NCBI GenBank assembly: GCA_002633005.1
Contig: NMRA01000156.1
Location: 394,469-458,468 of the forward strand
Direction of reading: 5' to 3'
Source of the DNA: Phoronis australis
Lineage: Eukaryota; Animalia; Phoronida
Length of the DNA stretch: 64,000 bases
The translations under genes and the position numbers were made by a program. Every line of letters starts with the position of its first letter. Position 1 is the stretch's first letter. Positions 39,790 to 54,419 of this stretch are shown one piece after another. A model generated the notes under the pieces. That model did not search any database and was not told the DNA's origin. It saw only the letters and a list, made by a program, of their open reading frames with translations.

Positions 39790-42700
39790 TTGAGCTGGAT
39801 CAATCCAAGAGGTAACTGCATGAAACTAGTTGCAAAATATTCACCGTGAGCCCAGGTATCACGAATGAACACTGCCAGACAAATCTAGTGGTGGGTTAGC
39901 CACGTCAGACACGCCTAAAGAATACCCGAGTTGAGATAGGTCAACCCACCAGGTAACCGTTTGAGAACAATTGCACCATGATGTTCAGCATCACTGTACA
40001 TGGCACAACAGTACGATGCCAGACACTTTCACTGGTAAGGTGCTCCTAACAGACGATTATTAAATAGGTTAAAAATTGAGCTAAGTCAACCTAAAAGGTA
40101 ACCGCATGAAACCAGTTGCAAAATAATGACCATAAGCCTAAACAGTGCCACACAAATTTAGTGGTGTGTTAGCACCAAGAGACACGCCCAAATACCTGAG
40201 TTGAGCTAGATCATCCCACGAGAAGTAACCGCACGAAACCAATTGCAAAATATTCACTGTAAGCCCAGATATCAAGAATAAACAGGGCCAGACAAAACTA
40301 GTGGTGAGTTCGCCCCGCCAAACACATCCAAATAACGGTTTGAAACAAATTGCACGATGATCACCACCACTGCACATGGCACAACTTACAGTAAGATGCC
40401 AGACAATTTCAGCGGTGGGTTGCCCACTTCAGACAAATTATAGAGAGTCGCAACAAAATTCATGATAAGACCATTCACACTGAATATACATTGAGGAACC
40501 AGGAACTTCGATTTTATATAAATCCAGTGAGTACGTACGACATTGGTCGCCACACAAGGCTTGAGATTTTTGTCCTCAAGTTTACGTCAGGGCCTGAAAA
40601 CCAGAAATGTCGTGCCTAAGGTTGGATCGACCTCACAAGTCTATGCGACAACAGTGGAATACTCCACAGGAGTCACTATTAGAAAGAAAACCTAAAATCC
40701 CGTTTTGTTTGCACAAATCTCGATTTTTCGTAGTCCCATTTTACCAGTATAAACTATTTCCCTCGTTTCCGAACGAATATTACCCAAATCCACTTCTTGA
40801 TTTGATGGAACTGCTAAAACGAGGAATGATCGAAATACCGTCTTTTGCTGTCATCTATGTTATATATGCGCGACAACTACCTTCATTTCACAGTGATTAG
40901 AGACAAATTTGGCAAAACTGCTCAGTTTTAGGGGGACCTACATCCTTCTCATAAACTGCGCCTACAGAGAACTCCAGTGATGCGTCAAGACTAATGACGT
41001 CAGTGGTTATACATGTATCAACATTTTCCCGACAATGCTAGATGTATTCTTTGCCCTGCGCCAGCTGGGCAACATTGCTTTACCCAAAGTTGAAATTCCC
41101 AGATCCAATATTACGTGAGGTCCGGAAAAATTGCGCGTTTCCAGTGCGACGTACGAGGAAGAACTTCAGTAGATCAGCTGTTGACCCCTCTTTGGATCAG
41201 TCCGTTAACCGGGATGCAGCATCGAGCATGATAGGGATAGTGGCTTTCCGCAACTCTGAGAATGCAATGCGTCGATGTTCCCTTTCTGTGACACAAAGGG
41301 GAATGGCTGTAACTGAACTTAAATCATTTGTAAGACTTGAAATCGGGTAGAATGCAAAGACCCAGTGCAGTCCTTCAAGAATCAAAAGTAAAACGAACAA
41401 ATGGCATCACTCAGTGTGAAAATAGACAATTTCCGTTTGCGGATGATGCTCCACCTGGTCTGGTTAACATCGTAACTGTCCAAGCAGCATCCCAAGCAAT
41501 GGAAGACTCTCTGATCAATGCGATGATCCGAGGCCATGACGCGAGAAAAAATTCCAGCACGAATGGGAAAAGGACACCGATAGGTTTCTGTGACCAGTGA
41601 AACGTACAGCTGTCCAAAATTTCGCTGCTGAAGAAGAAAACCAAATCATCGGCCGCACAGAGAAACAAGACAACTGCAGAAAGCCTCAGAGATTTATTCA
41701 TACCCGTATTCGCAGCTGTAGCAGAGAGGGCAGACTTCGACCTTCGAACACTTCTCACATCCAGTCACACCTTATCCGTTATCACTTGCTCACTGCGATG
41801 GAGCGCTTGTCAAATCCGAAAAAATGTCTGATTTTTTGAAAAAACTTGAATTGTTCCAGACAAAACCTGTAACAGATCACTGCAGACTTTCTACGGGGCT
41901 ACTTGAAGGTTTTTGGTGGCGGTCTTTTACAGTCAGTCATCTCACAGACGAAAATAGGCACAACTTACGGATCTGTTGCACGATCGGTGTTATCAGAGGT
42001 CTGATCGGGGACAAGTGTTTTGGAAACTCAGTCAAGGACATTAAACGGAAACAACGCGACGCACTTAATTCCATGCATACCATAACAGGGCCTGATCAAA
42101 CTATGCGACAGAGCTCACAGACACTTCTTAGCAACATTGCGTTCAAGAATGAACTGGCATAACTATGTTTTTTTTTTCATTTCCCACGTCGGTCACTGCT
42201 ACCAGTTCTTTCCCAAAGATAACCAGAACACCATGGCGTTAAAACCTGTCCATCTCCAAGGTGACCTCGAGTAAGGGGACACGTTGATTGCGTTCCACGT
42301 TGCAAACATCCCTGTTGGCTATGTGATAGTCAGGGCTTCAGATACAGTTGTTTCAGTAATCTTGAGTGGTACACTATGACAGCAGCAGCGAGAAATACGA
42401 TCCACGACCAACGTTGTCATGGACTGTGGGATGAGAAATAGCAGGAGAGAAATCAAAACTTACAACATAGCAAACGTTCTGTAAGAGCACGAATACAGAC
42501 TTGCCAGAGCAATGTCTGGATACCATGCCGTCACTGGACGTGGCTACACATCTGGTAGTTGCACTATTGACGAGAATTGAATGAATTTAATTAGCTGAGA
42601 TTACGTTTGCCATGAAGTCTAGCTAACGTGTTATGATTGCTTCCTTTAAATTAAAAATGTTTCTATTATGAATTACTCTTATACTTTATTCGTTGTTTTT

Positions 42701-44780
42701 CAAGGAAAGGCAAAATCAAGCCCTTGGACATTTCTGATGAAAAGTTTACCAATATGTTCACTACTTTTAGAGACGTGCATGACAGCATCGATATCGGTTT
42801 AGTCACTGAATTCGTGTGTCACATGTACGCAAAAAGCAAGTTCAAAAATGTTAACGAGGCCCAGTGCGTCAAACTTACGGACATGAGTGGCAAAGTTGCT
42901 GTAGTATGTAGTGACAACCCGTAAACAAAATAACTATATGATCTGATAATGTTTAACTACCATCAAAGTCACCTACGCATATATTTTTGGTTTTCTTTCA
43001 GCAAAATCCACTTGAAAAAGGAATTGACTGCGTGTTGCTACCACCTTGTCTTCGTAGCCTACAGATAAAGATTCGCCAAACTGAGTACGTCACAGCACTA
43101 TGGACCCGTGCCGCGACAGCATATCTTGGAGATGGAATGACACCAACTGGTATTGGTTGGCATGCAACTAAGACTCACACGATACTGCCAGTTTGGTTTG
43201 AGGGGTCTATTCTCCCTGACATATTTTTCAGTTCGAAAACAGATGTCAATAACAGTAACCCTGGGAATGAAGCAACCATCATTAGAGAAAGTTTGCGCGA
43301 AGAACTGGTAGATTCCGAGGATGAACCATGGAGTGAAGATTCCAAACCCGATGAAGAGGACAAATTACTGCACTTTGGACTTGACTAACGCATGCACAGT
43401 GAATAAATACGCTCATTGGAATGAGATGAACATTGGTTGTTTTTTTAAGCTTGTTATTGTGTTCGCCAAAAAGGCTGGAAACATCTCTAAGGCACCTGAC
43501 ATTGGCTTCAAATGGTCGATTCCGTGGAAACTATCAAAGCTGTAACGTAGATAAAACAATCTGTTCAGGTTGCGAACGACTTATTCGAAATTCGTCGGAA
43601 TAACGTGTCGTGATAGTTTTTCAGTTTAATTAGATTGACAACCAATTCATTCGCCCGACACAGATATGCCGGCACTAGAACTGTTCGCTTTAGGTCTTCA
43701 TGCATAGATGTTGTATACAGTGTATGGTGCTCAGTCATCGTGCTGACGGCCTCGGGCATTCACATGGGGAAGGTGATTTACAACCATTACGTATAATCAT
43801 TTTGGAAATCGCAACTGATTTGCAGTTGAATTAAATAAAGACTCTAGGTTATATTTCACCTTTTTATTTCTGTTATTACTAAGATAGATGCATTTGAGTA
43901 GAGAGGGAGGGTCGTCCAATAAAAAGTCTCCCGTGCAAAATCAACCAAACCTCTGGATGTTATTACCCCACTGCTGAAATTATCTGTAAGGTACCTTTTT
44001 GCATGCGGAATGTTGCTGGACATTATGCAAATGGTTTCATACTGTAACCGGGCGGGTAAATCTAGCTCAACTCAAATATTTACTCGTGTCTGGCGGGACT
44101 AATCCACCATTAGACTTGTCTGGCAGGGTTTGCGTCATGATACGTAGACTTCCGTAGAATATTTTGCAACTGATTTTATGGGGTCACCACTCGAGTTGAT
44201 CTAGCTCAGTTTTTAACCATTTTTGAAAATCGTCTGACAGGGGCACCACTGAAATTGTCTGGCATCCAACTGCTGTGCCATGTACAGTGACGCTCAACAT
44301 CGTGCAAGTGGTTTCAAACGGTTACCTGGTGGGTTGATCCAGCACAACTCGGGTATTTGGGCGTGTCTGGCGGGTTAACCATCACTAGATTTGTTTGGCA
44401 GTGTTCATTCGTGATACCTGGGCTCACGTTGAATATTTTGCAACTGATTCCATGCGGTTTCCTCTGGGATTGATCTAGCTCAATTTTTACCCTATTTATA
44501 ACCGTTTGACTAATACTCCACACCACGTATATTGTCTGGCACTGACCAATTTCGATTCAGTGGATTACGTAGTAGGTATTGTTGGCAGTTTTAAGTGGTT
44601 ACCAGAAAAATTGTTGACCTAGCTTAATTTTTAGTGTCATTTTCTTGGCTCCCCTGACCCCACTCACCAGAGCGAACCTGTCTGACGGCCATTTCCAAGC
44701 ACGAGGATACCCATAGTGCACTGTGGCACCAAAGAAAATTGGTTACCTTTTCATGCCCAAAAGCTATGGCATCCCGGTCT
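39790..44780 (+). mobile_element. Decayed Academ (AcademX-type) DNA transposon with long subterminal inverted repeats
   Basis: XPG/PIN-like relics DLE*GDTLIAFH, VIVRASDT, YHAVTG, GKGKIKP, EFVCHMY..VNEA, LLPPC..SL, W..A..P..GW..PVWF (42250-43220); 39791-40440 is an inverted match to 44030-44545; candidate right terminus ...atcccggtcta at 44780. Confidence 0.75.
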
Positions 44781-47700
44781 AAAACCGTGGATTGCGTTTT
44801 CGTCACGCAGGCCGCCCAACATATTGTTAGTAGGGCCTCTATGATTTCGACAGATTATTAAGATATAAACTCTCCAGCGATCAATAGTTCGGAGTCAATA
44901 CCAATAATGACAAATCATACCTTTCATTGACCGCTGCTATTGTAACGGCATTTTAATTCCTTTTGAAACCTTTTTGTTAAGTGTTGGAGATCTTATAGTG
45001 ATTCGATCCCGGAACCGTCTTTCTCAAAGGCCACCACTGCGCCACCAACGTCATAAGGTCCCTCACGTATTTTCATGGCCTCAAATTATCCCTCGGAGGT
45101 GCCTCGTATCTGCGTATGTGCGAGCTTCAATCAAAGCAGAACAGGCATTTTCACCAACGCAAAGATGGTGTGATTCATTAAAACCGTGAATATTTAAACT
45201 TGGGGGTTTGAAAACTGACACACTAATCTGAGTGAAGGGCAAAACTTATTTATCTTTTACCCCCGTAATACACTCACGCCTCCGAGATAGCAATAGGTAG
45301 GTAAAATATTTCACTTTTCTACTTTGCGCAGTCGAGGCGCATTTACTTTAGTTTCGAAACTATTACGTTTTTGCCACAAAGACATATTCAGTTCTTGGTG
45401 TAATGCTCTATAATAAAATTTTGACTGGCCCACGCATTTTACTGCCGAGTGCACAATGGGAAACAAAATTAATTTCAATGTACGTCGCTTCTACTCATGC
45501 TCAGTTGTTCGCAAAGGGATACGTTTTAAGTAGGAAGAACCACTGACGCAACTCACTAACAAATTCAAGTTCACTATACTTTTACATACTCAATTAATAG
45601 TATCGGGAATTTCCCAAAATAAGCCTATAAAAGGATGTTCGGAAAACACCCTTTCAAAAACGTCACCGATGAAACCAAATATTCACTGGGGCTTATTTTA
45701 AGAAAAGGGGGCGTTTTTCTGGAAATAGTTTGAAATAAACTTGTCTTTTTAATGTATGTAGCTGTATCTCACCAGCTAGATTTTTTGTCTATTCTTAATT
45801 CTCATTGAACAAAAACAGTGCGCATGCGTTAATACAGTTAGTTACCAACTAATTCAGTGTCACCCAATATCTCGTCAAATCATAATCATTTTAATGAAAT
45901 CGTGATCCCAAACTATGATTCTTTGACAAAGTAAACGAAAATTTGGTTCGCAACGTATCACTACGTATTTCAAAACAATCGATCAGATTTTTTCAAAACA
46001 GTTACCGAAAATACACCCAAGAGGGTACTTTTTGGTGGGCTTATTTTCAGAAATTCTCGGTACGTAGGAAGATGGAAGTTAAGTGGAGGAGGATTTGTAC
46101 GCCGTGTCCCCATTAATACCTTTTACCTCTGACCTGCGCTGTAATGTGAATATGAGGCTCTGCCCTAACCAACTTCTTGCCCCCAAAATGTTTCCGTGAC
46201 ATCATATACCTGGTCAAAACATTTGCTCGACACTTTTATAGCATTGACTGTCAAGAGGGAGTCGTCACATTCACGACGGATTATCAAATCGTTCACTCGC
46301 AACTAAATCTCCAGCTAACAAGAGACGAAATGAAATGATATCCACACATTTGGTTCTGGGATTCGCAAGCATGAACTTTCTTAAGAATTTTCGTCTCTAC
46401 GTAAAACAGTCAATGCTTAATGATGTGAAGTACACCTCACGTATTGGCGGAATTCAGGCAGAAAGATACGAACATGCCTCGCAAACACTTTGAAATTTGG
46501 AAGTACTCACTACTCACTGAAACTGGGAGAGCCTATGGGATGCTCGTTAATAAGGGACATTACTGGCAGAAAGCACGGTATTAATGACGCTATAAGGGTA
46601 TCTCCAACTTTATTTAGTGCCCTCCAATGTAACTCGTGTATCAAAAAAGCTAGACTGAAGGAAAAAGGTTAGGAAATATAAAAATATGTTTTATATTTAT
46701 GTGCCGTTATTGTTATAGCTTTAGTACATTTTTAAAGTCAAAATTCCATTTTTAAGAAAGGTACATTCATAGCAAAATAATCCATCGGTCGATTTTAATT
46801 TAACATTTTTAAATGAAAAATTCAACCGTTACCTCAAGAAAGCTGGTAGAAATTTTCGATTAGTGTTTTAATTTGTTTTCTATGACAAATCATATCGCAA
46901 AACGTAAGGTAATTTTGTAAAAATAGCAGTCGTATTCGTTTTTGTTACATTACCCAAAAATTATGGCTTTATATCTAAAATCCTGGCAGTATTTTTGAAA
47001 TTGATGAATAAATATGGATTTTTGAAAAAGATTCATCGAAATCTATGGAGCCGTTTCCGAGAAGTCGTGTTCCTAAACTCAAATTTTAAAAGTCGACTTG
47101 CCGAAGCCGAGAAAAAAATGATTAAGTTGGGACATGTGAAAATCTCAAGGTTTTTTGTTGATTATTCGGTGAAAACTTATTTTCGATCAATATAATCCAT
47201 ACAACATTTAGCCATGTAAATCATTCAACATCCACGCGCAATGTCAACTGAATTTACAGTGCGTAATTAACTTAATTATCTCAATACATCGAGTCAAACT
47301 AGGTCATGGTTAAATCAAGTCGTGAGCATGAGATCGAAACAGCGAAATGTCAAATTACTTGTCAAATTAAGGAATTTGGGTGAGGATTTATCTCTCGTCA
47401 CAAATTGGTGTGTTCGTGAACACTAAGTTACAGCGGCGTGAGGTCACTCGTTCTCGAACTTCAAGGTCGTGTGCATATAGACACACAACTCCCTCGGGAT
47501 CATAAAACAACTTTTTGTCTTCGTTTTCCCCGAAATATTTTATCATATGCACACGTGCTTAACTCAACATTATGGATAATTGGTGCATGAAAGGACTGAG
47601 GGTAAATATGGAGCTGCTCTATGCCTGGCGGGAGATTCAATTTGATTGACAGATCCGTAACCTTTGACCTCGGACAAGTAGTAAACATATTTACACGCGC

Positions 47701-48127
47701 TTTTTTATGAATAAGGTTTGAGATATCCTTAAAACATGTGGGGCATGAAGTTATGTAGTAGGCTAATTAATAAATGAAATACAACAGACTTTATTAATGG
47801 TCAGAAAAGTGTAATAATGTGGTTCTTTATCGGATGTCCTTGTTGACATGATTTGCTCATTGCCAGAGAGGGAAAGCAGGTGCCACATGGTGTTATTAAC
47901 TGCACACAGTGCTCCGTTATTAAAAGTTCTTGCACGCGGGACTACGATTCTGCTGCTAAAAAGACGTTCTAGATTTCTGTTTCAAGTACATAGTTTTTAC
48001 GGCCAAAATGCATTATTTTCTGGGTTTAATATTAGACGCGATAGACCTTTTGAATATATTTAGCTTTGGCCAGGGCTATAAAACAACACAAACCGTCATG
48101 TTGTTGTGATTTTTATTACAAATCGAC

Positions 48128-48661
48128 AGACAGCGACGTGAAAAAGGAACGCGAACGACTCAGTGGACCAAACGCAGCTTCCGAAGTTATCGTCGTGTGG
48201 AATCTTGTAAAAGTGTTTGGGAATTTCAAGGCTGTTGATGGTCTTTCATTCAGTATATCTCCAAGGGAATGTTTCGCGTTGCTTGGAGTTAACGGGCGGG
48301 AAAACTGATAACTGACCAATTACTGCCAACGAGTGGCGCTATAATTCTTAGCAGGTGTACTTTTGGTCTCTGTCCCCAATTTGGTGGACTTTTGGATGAA
48401 CTCACAGTTAAAGAGGCTTTAAAATTCATGCACAAATTCGAGGTATCGACAAGCACTCGATTTAGCAAGTGGTCAACGACCTGGCTGAAGACCTATTACT
48501 CGACGAGCATATGTTTAAGCGCGTAGGTCATCTCAGCGGTGGAAACAAACGTGAGGTAGGCCTAAGTACAGCGCTGGTTGTGATATGAAACCCATCCTTT
48601 TTATTCTTGACGAGTCCACGTGCGGTATTGACCCTGTTGCCAGAAGACAGTTGTGGAACGT
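48128..48661 (+). pseudogene. Partial decayed duplicate of the ABCA gene (NBD2 region, parent 31638-32183)
   Basis: High nucleotide similarity (DSDVKKERERL...ARRQLWNV); deletion through Walker A, frameshifts, internal TAG. Confidence 0.95.
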
Positions 48662-49957
48662 CAGTAGCGGATCTAGGATATCACAAGGGGGATGGGCCCA
48701 ACATTTTGTCTGTAAACATTCGCTCCAAGCACGATTGTGGATGCGCATAGCACCGAATGGGGGGAGGTCCAGGATTTTTTTTTGTTTTTTCCTCTAAAAA
48801 TCAAACATTTTCCTTGATTCCCGAAGTATTTTCCAAGAAATCACAATTTAATTGACCATTTTCCTTTTTATTGTGCCTAAAAAACCCTAAACACTTGATT
48901 GGCCTGCCAGTACATTTAACCCCGTGCAATAGCTCGGAACAAGCTTTTACTCTTCCGAGCGATAGAACTTCACATCTTTTATAATTTAATTCCAAACCAG
49001 ACACCAGGCCAAACTTTACAAAAATTGAAGATAATTAAATTCCGAAACTTTATCGTTTAAAAATATTGTTGTGTCATCCGCATACTGGACAAGCTTTATT
49101 TCAGTATTATCAATTTCAGTTCCTGAAATAACATCACTTGAAGTTCCTTAAATAACATCACTTGATCTAATATAATTTGCCATAACCTCAACTGCTAAGC
49201 AAAACAAAGGGCCGGAGAGTGAGTCACTCTGTCGCACTCCGCGTTGGAGTGGAAAATATCTGATAGTAAAGCCGTTGTTGATTACGCAAGTCACCGGGCT
49301 CTTATAAACTATTTGGATCCACTTTCTGAAAACAGAGCAAATTTTATAAGAGTTCAAAGCTTTTGAAAGAAAGTCCCATGAAAGTGCATCGAACGCTTTA
49401 CAAAAATCTAAGATTAGGATACTTGAACATTTTGATTACTGGTATAGGAAATTATGTTTTGTATAACGCGGATGTTAAATCCAATCTACCTTTTACTCCT
49501 GTTCGATTTTCATGGACTAACTTATCAATAACACTATTTAATCGAAGGACATTCGTAAATAATTTGTAGTCAACGTTTAATAACGATATGGGATGCCAAT
49601 TATTTAATGACAACAGTTCAGTCTAATCTTTGGATTTGGGGAGGAGGGTAATCACCCCTTGCCGTTGTGATGGTGATAGGTCGCCAACTTTAAAACTATA
49701 CTCAAAAGCTTCCAGTAAAGGTTCTGTGACTTCCTGCCAGAAACACTTGTAGAATTCATAAATGAGCCCATCATTTCCTGGAAACATAGTATTAGAGTTA
49801 TTTAATGCTTCAACAAATTCTTCGTCAGACAGTGGTTTGTTTAATAAATCTGCATCGCAAAGTTCTAATGTATTCGGAAGGTTGAAGAGATTTGGAGGAG
49901 TATTATCCTGATCAACCCGGTGACCAGCAGCATAGAGAGTAGAGAAAAGTCCACCAG

Positions 49958-50111
49958 GCGTGCGTTCAGTAGACGCTAGGACCTACGCTAGGACCTATAG
50001 CTAAAAACCTAGTCAAACTCACGTGTTCTCATTTGAAATACAAGACAATATCTCACGTAATCTCGCGAAGTCTTGCTTTTTAGCGAGGTCCTAGCGTTAC
50101 TGAACGGGAGG
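49958..50111 (+). mobile_element. ~150-bp MITE with CAG TSD (Harbinger-like), copy 1, inserted in Tx1 ORF2
   Basis: TIR cgttcagtagacgctaggacct / aggtcctagcgttactgaacg; cag at 49955-49957 and 50112-50114. Confidence 0.85.
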
Positions 50112-52690
50112 CAGTTCTGCTTCAATCGTTTTTATTTTCAATAACACGTACACATTTATTTTTTGAAATTTCTCTTTTCTTGAGTGCCAAAAATGTAATT
50201 GCATGCCCCCTCTTCAATTATCTGAGCCCTGGTCCGTGTTATCTGACCCTGAATTCTATGAGATTGCAGCAATTTCAGCTTTGGCTTAACTATTTCTAAG
50301 TCATGGACAGTTATTTTTATCTACCTTACCTGTAGCTAATTCACCAGTCAAGACATTAATTTGATTTATTAAGCTATTCTCTAAAGCATTGTCCATTTTT
50401 GAATTTCTTTTTGAAAATCCTATGGTAAATTCTCTTATTTTCATTTTTATCATTTTCCATTTTGAATGCTTGTTTTCCATACTGACATGTTCGTTATTAC
50501 AGTCATGTACAACCTTTTGAGACAGAGGACATATTCGTCATTGTCAAGACTATTGTTGATTTTCCAAAGCCTAGGACCTCTTGGTATAGTCTCTGAATTT
50601 GAAGTACGGGTACTAACTTTACAACAGAATGATCAGAGAGCACAAAATCATTATTTATTTTACACTGAAGGTGATCCTAACTTCAACGGAATTTTGTTAT
50701 TTTAGATGTATTGGGCTAACCAGGTAGTCCAGTAGCAAAGCCTTAGTAAAATAACAAAACGAGAGTTCAATCGCGCAAATGTAAGCCCGTCAAATGATAA
50801 GTGAAGCTGCCTTTCGTGCGATGTTGCTTCACCGCAAGATCCCAGCAGAAACAACAGAAAGGCCGATAACAGTTGTATTGAATAGGGGTCTGAATAGAAC
50901 ACCATTGCGAGCCGGTGTTATTCGCAGCTGTTTGAATTAAAAGGTGACTCTCGCAGTAACGTAGACAAAACCAAGCCAATACGCCAAACACTTCGTTACA
51001 TTTGGCAATTTATGGCACTAGTAGACACAGAGCGATGCTCTTAACATACTGTAGGAACTAAATTCACAGGAGTTATTGTTCAAGATAGGCTTTAAAACCT
51101 TGGAGCAAAACCAGAAGTCTATTCTACTCTGTAAATTGAAACATTTATTATGTCACCAAAATTTCGTTTAGCCTAGATTTTGACTTCTCCATAATTCAAA
51201 GAAATTATACTTTTGAGAAAAATCATAATTTTTTTATGTAACAATATGTTTGTCACTGACATCTCTTATTCCTTGTTTATCGATATTTGCTAAGGGGCAG
51301 TTGAAGTCATCTGCACAAATTATATTGTCGTTGTTAATATATCTGTCAAGAACGGCAGAAATGTTTTCCAAAAAGGACAATTGGGCACTACTGATGTTTG
51401 GGAAATAAACATTCAGAAAACATAAGGAGAGTCATCAACCTCCACCTCGATTCCAATATACCGCCCATCATTATCACCAAAAACTCGGTTGGCTTTTAAA
51501 TGTAAATTTTTCCTGCAAAGAATAGCAACTCCCTTACTGTGCTCCGAGCCACGCACTGCATTTATTTCACCTCCCAACTGTTGACACCAACATAGATTAA
51601 TTAGAACTTGTAAGCGCGCTACATCCCCCTTTTGTTTTCGTAAATAGACAAACAGCTGTTGACGTTTCAGGTCATTATGCAAACCCCTGCAGTTCATGGT
51701 TATCAGGTTTAAACTACCCATTTTCATCTAAGTGGAAGCCCCTACTTATGCACAACAAAGAAAAAGAAGTATGAGAAGTAAAGGAACCTACTGGGTTCGA
51801 GGAAAACGTGATAAACATCGCAATCACTCACCCATGCACACAAACGAAAAGACAAAAACAAAAGTCACCGCGAGTCACAAAAACGATGACTTCCTGATCG
51901 TCCTCGCGTCATAACTTGAAGGCTAGCTAGCCCTTGGCCTGAATACAAAATGCATTATATGTCACTCATAGTTTTAATGGCTTTGATGGTTCCATCAGAT
52001 ATGTAAACAAAAATGCGCCCATCATTCGACCAACTGCCAAACACTTTTGGGTCTTTATATGCACTTCTAAGCAGGGTATAGTTTTGCTGGGTGAGATCTT
52101 CAAGCAGGAAACAACCGGGTCCCTTCAACAACTCTTTCTGCTTAAATACATTGTCCCTAGTCTGGTATGAGACGAACTTTACTATTATTGGTCTTGAGTT
52201 TATTGCTGTGGATACAGAATTCCTTGTAACTCTTCCAGATTTCAACTTTCCGATCCGTTGCTCTTACTTTGACCTTCAATGACTTGTCATAAAAGACAAT
52301 AACTGGTTTTGTGCAGTCCTTATTTATATCTTCTTCCAAACCAAAAATTCTAAGACTATTTCTTCTGGAATACTGCTCCAGGTCATTCACCCTTTCTTTT
52401 AAAAAATCACTTTTCTTTCTTTAACTTCAGCAGTTCCTCATTTAGGTTGAAAATTTCTTACCGGGTGATAAACTTGACGGATTTGGTTATCTAATTTGTT
52501 CAACCGCTCACTCAACTTGATGTGGATCCACTGCAGTGCAGTAGGTAGTACAAACAACATTGAGCGAGAGTTTCCTATTTCCAAAGAATAGCCAGCCTAT
52601 GCTACCTCAATCAAACATAGAGGTGATGTGGGCTACACTTTTCATCACCACAGCAGGGGGTTTTGCTAGCTAGGAAACAAGCAATTCCAG

Positions 52691-52841
52691 CCTCCCGTTC
52701 AGTAACGCTAGCACCTCGCTAAAAAGCAAGACTTCACGAGATTACATGAGATATTGCCGTGTATTTTAAATGAGAGCACGTGACTTTGACTAGGTTTTAG
52801 CTAGGTCCTAGCGTAGGTCCTAGCGTCTACTGAACGCACGC
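52691..52841 (-). mobile_element. ~150-bp MITE, copy 2 (CAG TSD)
   Basis: Reverse complement of copy 1; cag on both sides. Confidence 0.85.
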
Positions 52842-53410
52842 CAGGTGTCACGGTTATCACACAGCAGCTTATAGTCCTGACTGTTTTTTACACTCACTCT
52901 GACTTTCAAAACACTATCTTCAACAACAATTCAGTTCAAAAAACATACCCAGAGACAATCTCAGTACCAAATGTATCCTGTTAACCAATTCTCAAGTCTT
53001 AAGTTATCTTAGTAAGGCACTTTTGACTGAAAAACTAAAGAGCTCTCAGAAACACAACTTTCACTAGCTACAGCACACCCTACCTCTTTTTTGTTAGTGT
53101 GCATTGTTTTTCAGTAGGAGTGAAAAGGTCAAAACTATAAGAGGGAATAAAGTTTTTGTGCTCATTCCTCGAGCTTGTGGTGTGAAATGACTAGGACCTT
53201 TCATATTCTTTGCACACAGTTTTCGACAGAGTGGAGAAAGGGTGACGACTCCCATTGACGTGTTCTGATAGGCAAACCCCAGTGAGAACTGTTTTATGCC
53301 TCCATATAACGCAGTGTGTTGTACTGAGTCCCTTCCGTGTACCGGTCCGGATGGCTGCTAGGTGCCGATCGCCACTGACGACTCAGCGACGTCAGTGGTT
53401 CTTCTGCAGA

Positions 53411-53520
53411 ATGAGTGCCGCTATGATATGGTGTATTGTTCCCGCTTGTGCGAACTATGAAGCTTCGAGGAAAGCGGGTATAGTGTTTTTTCGATTTCCT
53501 CGAGAGCCCATAATGCTTTG
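53411..53520 (+). mobile_element. THAP N-terminal relic of a probable Kolobok-type element
   Basis: MIWCIVPACANYEASRKAGIVFFRFPREP; a THAP C-terminal box LKSDAVPSVFAF lies at ~57561-57596 in the sister copy. Confidence 0.65.
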
Positions 53521-53568
53521 ATTATGGAGAATTGTAGTTGGCCATGAAAACACAAACAATTGCAATTA

Positions 53569-54375
53569 CCGTCAGAGGTCCTAAAGTCGTGAGTGCCCTA
53601 AAGTCGTGAACGATCTTATTTCCTCTTCTGCGCGGTCCAGCGATATCTGGCGTTGAAGTTTCCCGCGTTCGTCTGCTTGCAAACGTCATACGAACACCCG
53701 GACGTGTTGGTATTCACAATATGATAACAAACAGTGAGTGAGTGGCTTCTTTTTTCAAATGTATCTTAAAAACAACATATTTCACTAATCCACTTTTTGA
53801 GCATTTTGGGGATATATTTTCGAAAATATTCATTGTTCAGATTTACTCAAACACGAGCTCCAGGGGTAGCTTGAACAATGTATCAAAATGTCCCAGGGTC
53901 GATAAAGTTTTGTAAGGCCAAAGCAATAAAATACAGAGCGATAATTGATGCTGGGTCCTTAGCGTTTTACGTGAACAACCTCATTGAAAACGTCTGTGCA
54001 CATCAAAGTTGGGTGCAAAACATATAACGACTTATTTCAATTGCAACTGAATTAAGAAAACAATGCAATGCATTTTTATGTCATCTAGAGTAACTGTACG
54101 CACTGTAGTTGACTTGTGTGGTCTTACTTCGTGCATTTCCGTCTAACCGAAACGGTCACGACTTAAGGGCCTCATTCCAAATGGCCGGCGATATCAGCGA
54201 TCGTTTCAAAACTCTGCTTACGGAGACAAACAAGGATTAAGATTGTCAAAACACGTATATTTGTGAAGGCTGATATATGTCCATGACATCACTTGAGCGG
54301 TTGCTAACAGACATTAGGTAGTATGACAATGAGCACTTATTATGCTTATATTCACGACTTTAGGTCACCGGTGTC
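53569..54375 (+). mobile_element. 807-bp non-autonomous element with TA TSD
   Basis: Filled site tgcaat-TA[..]TA-attcaagg versus empty site tgcaatTAattcaagg near 57690. Confidence 0.85.
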
Positions 54376-54419
54376 TAATTCAAGGCATGACAACATAACG
54401 TTTTATATAACCTGTCTGA

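Larger units (their letters stand above)
48790..53085 (-). mobile_element. Decayed Tx1/L1-clade LINE (5' UTR, ORF1, APE-RT ORF2; 3' part missing)
   Basis: ORF1 LEQYSRRNSLRIFGL..RPIIVKF..EDLT; APE LITMNCRGL, SKGVAIL, SRIDFWF, GPRLWK; RT RGVRQSDSLSGPLF, VQYADDTT. Confidence 0.9.
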
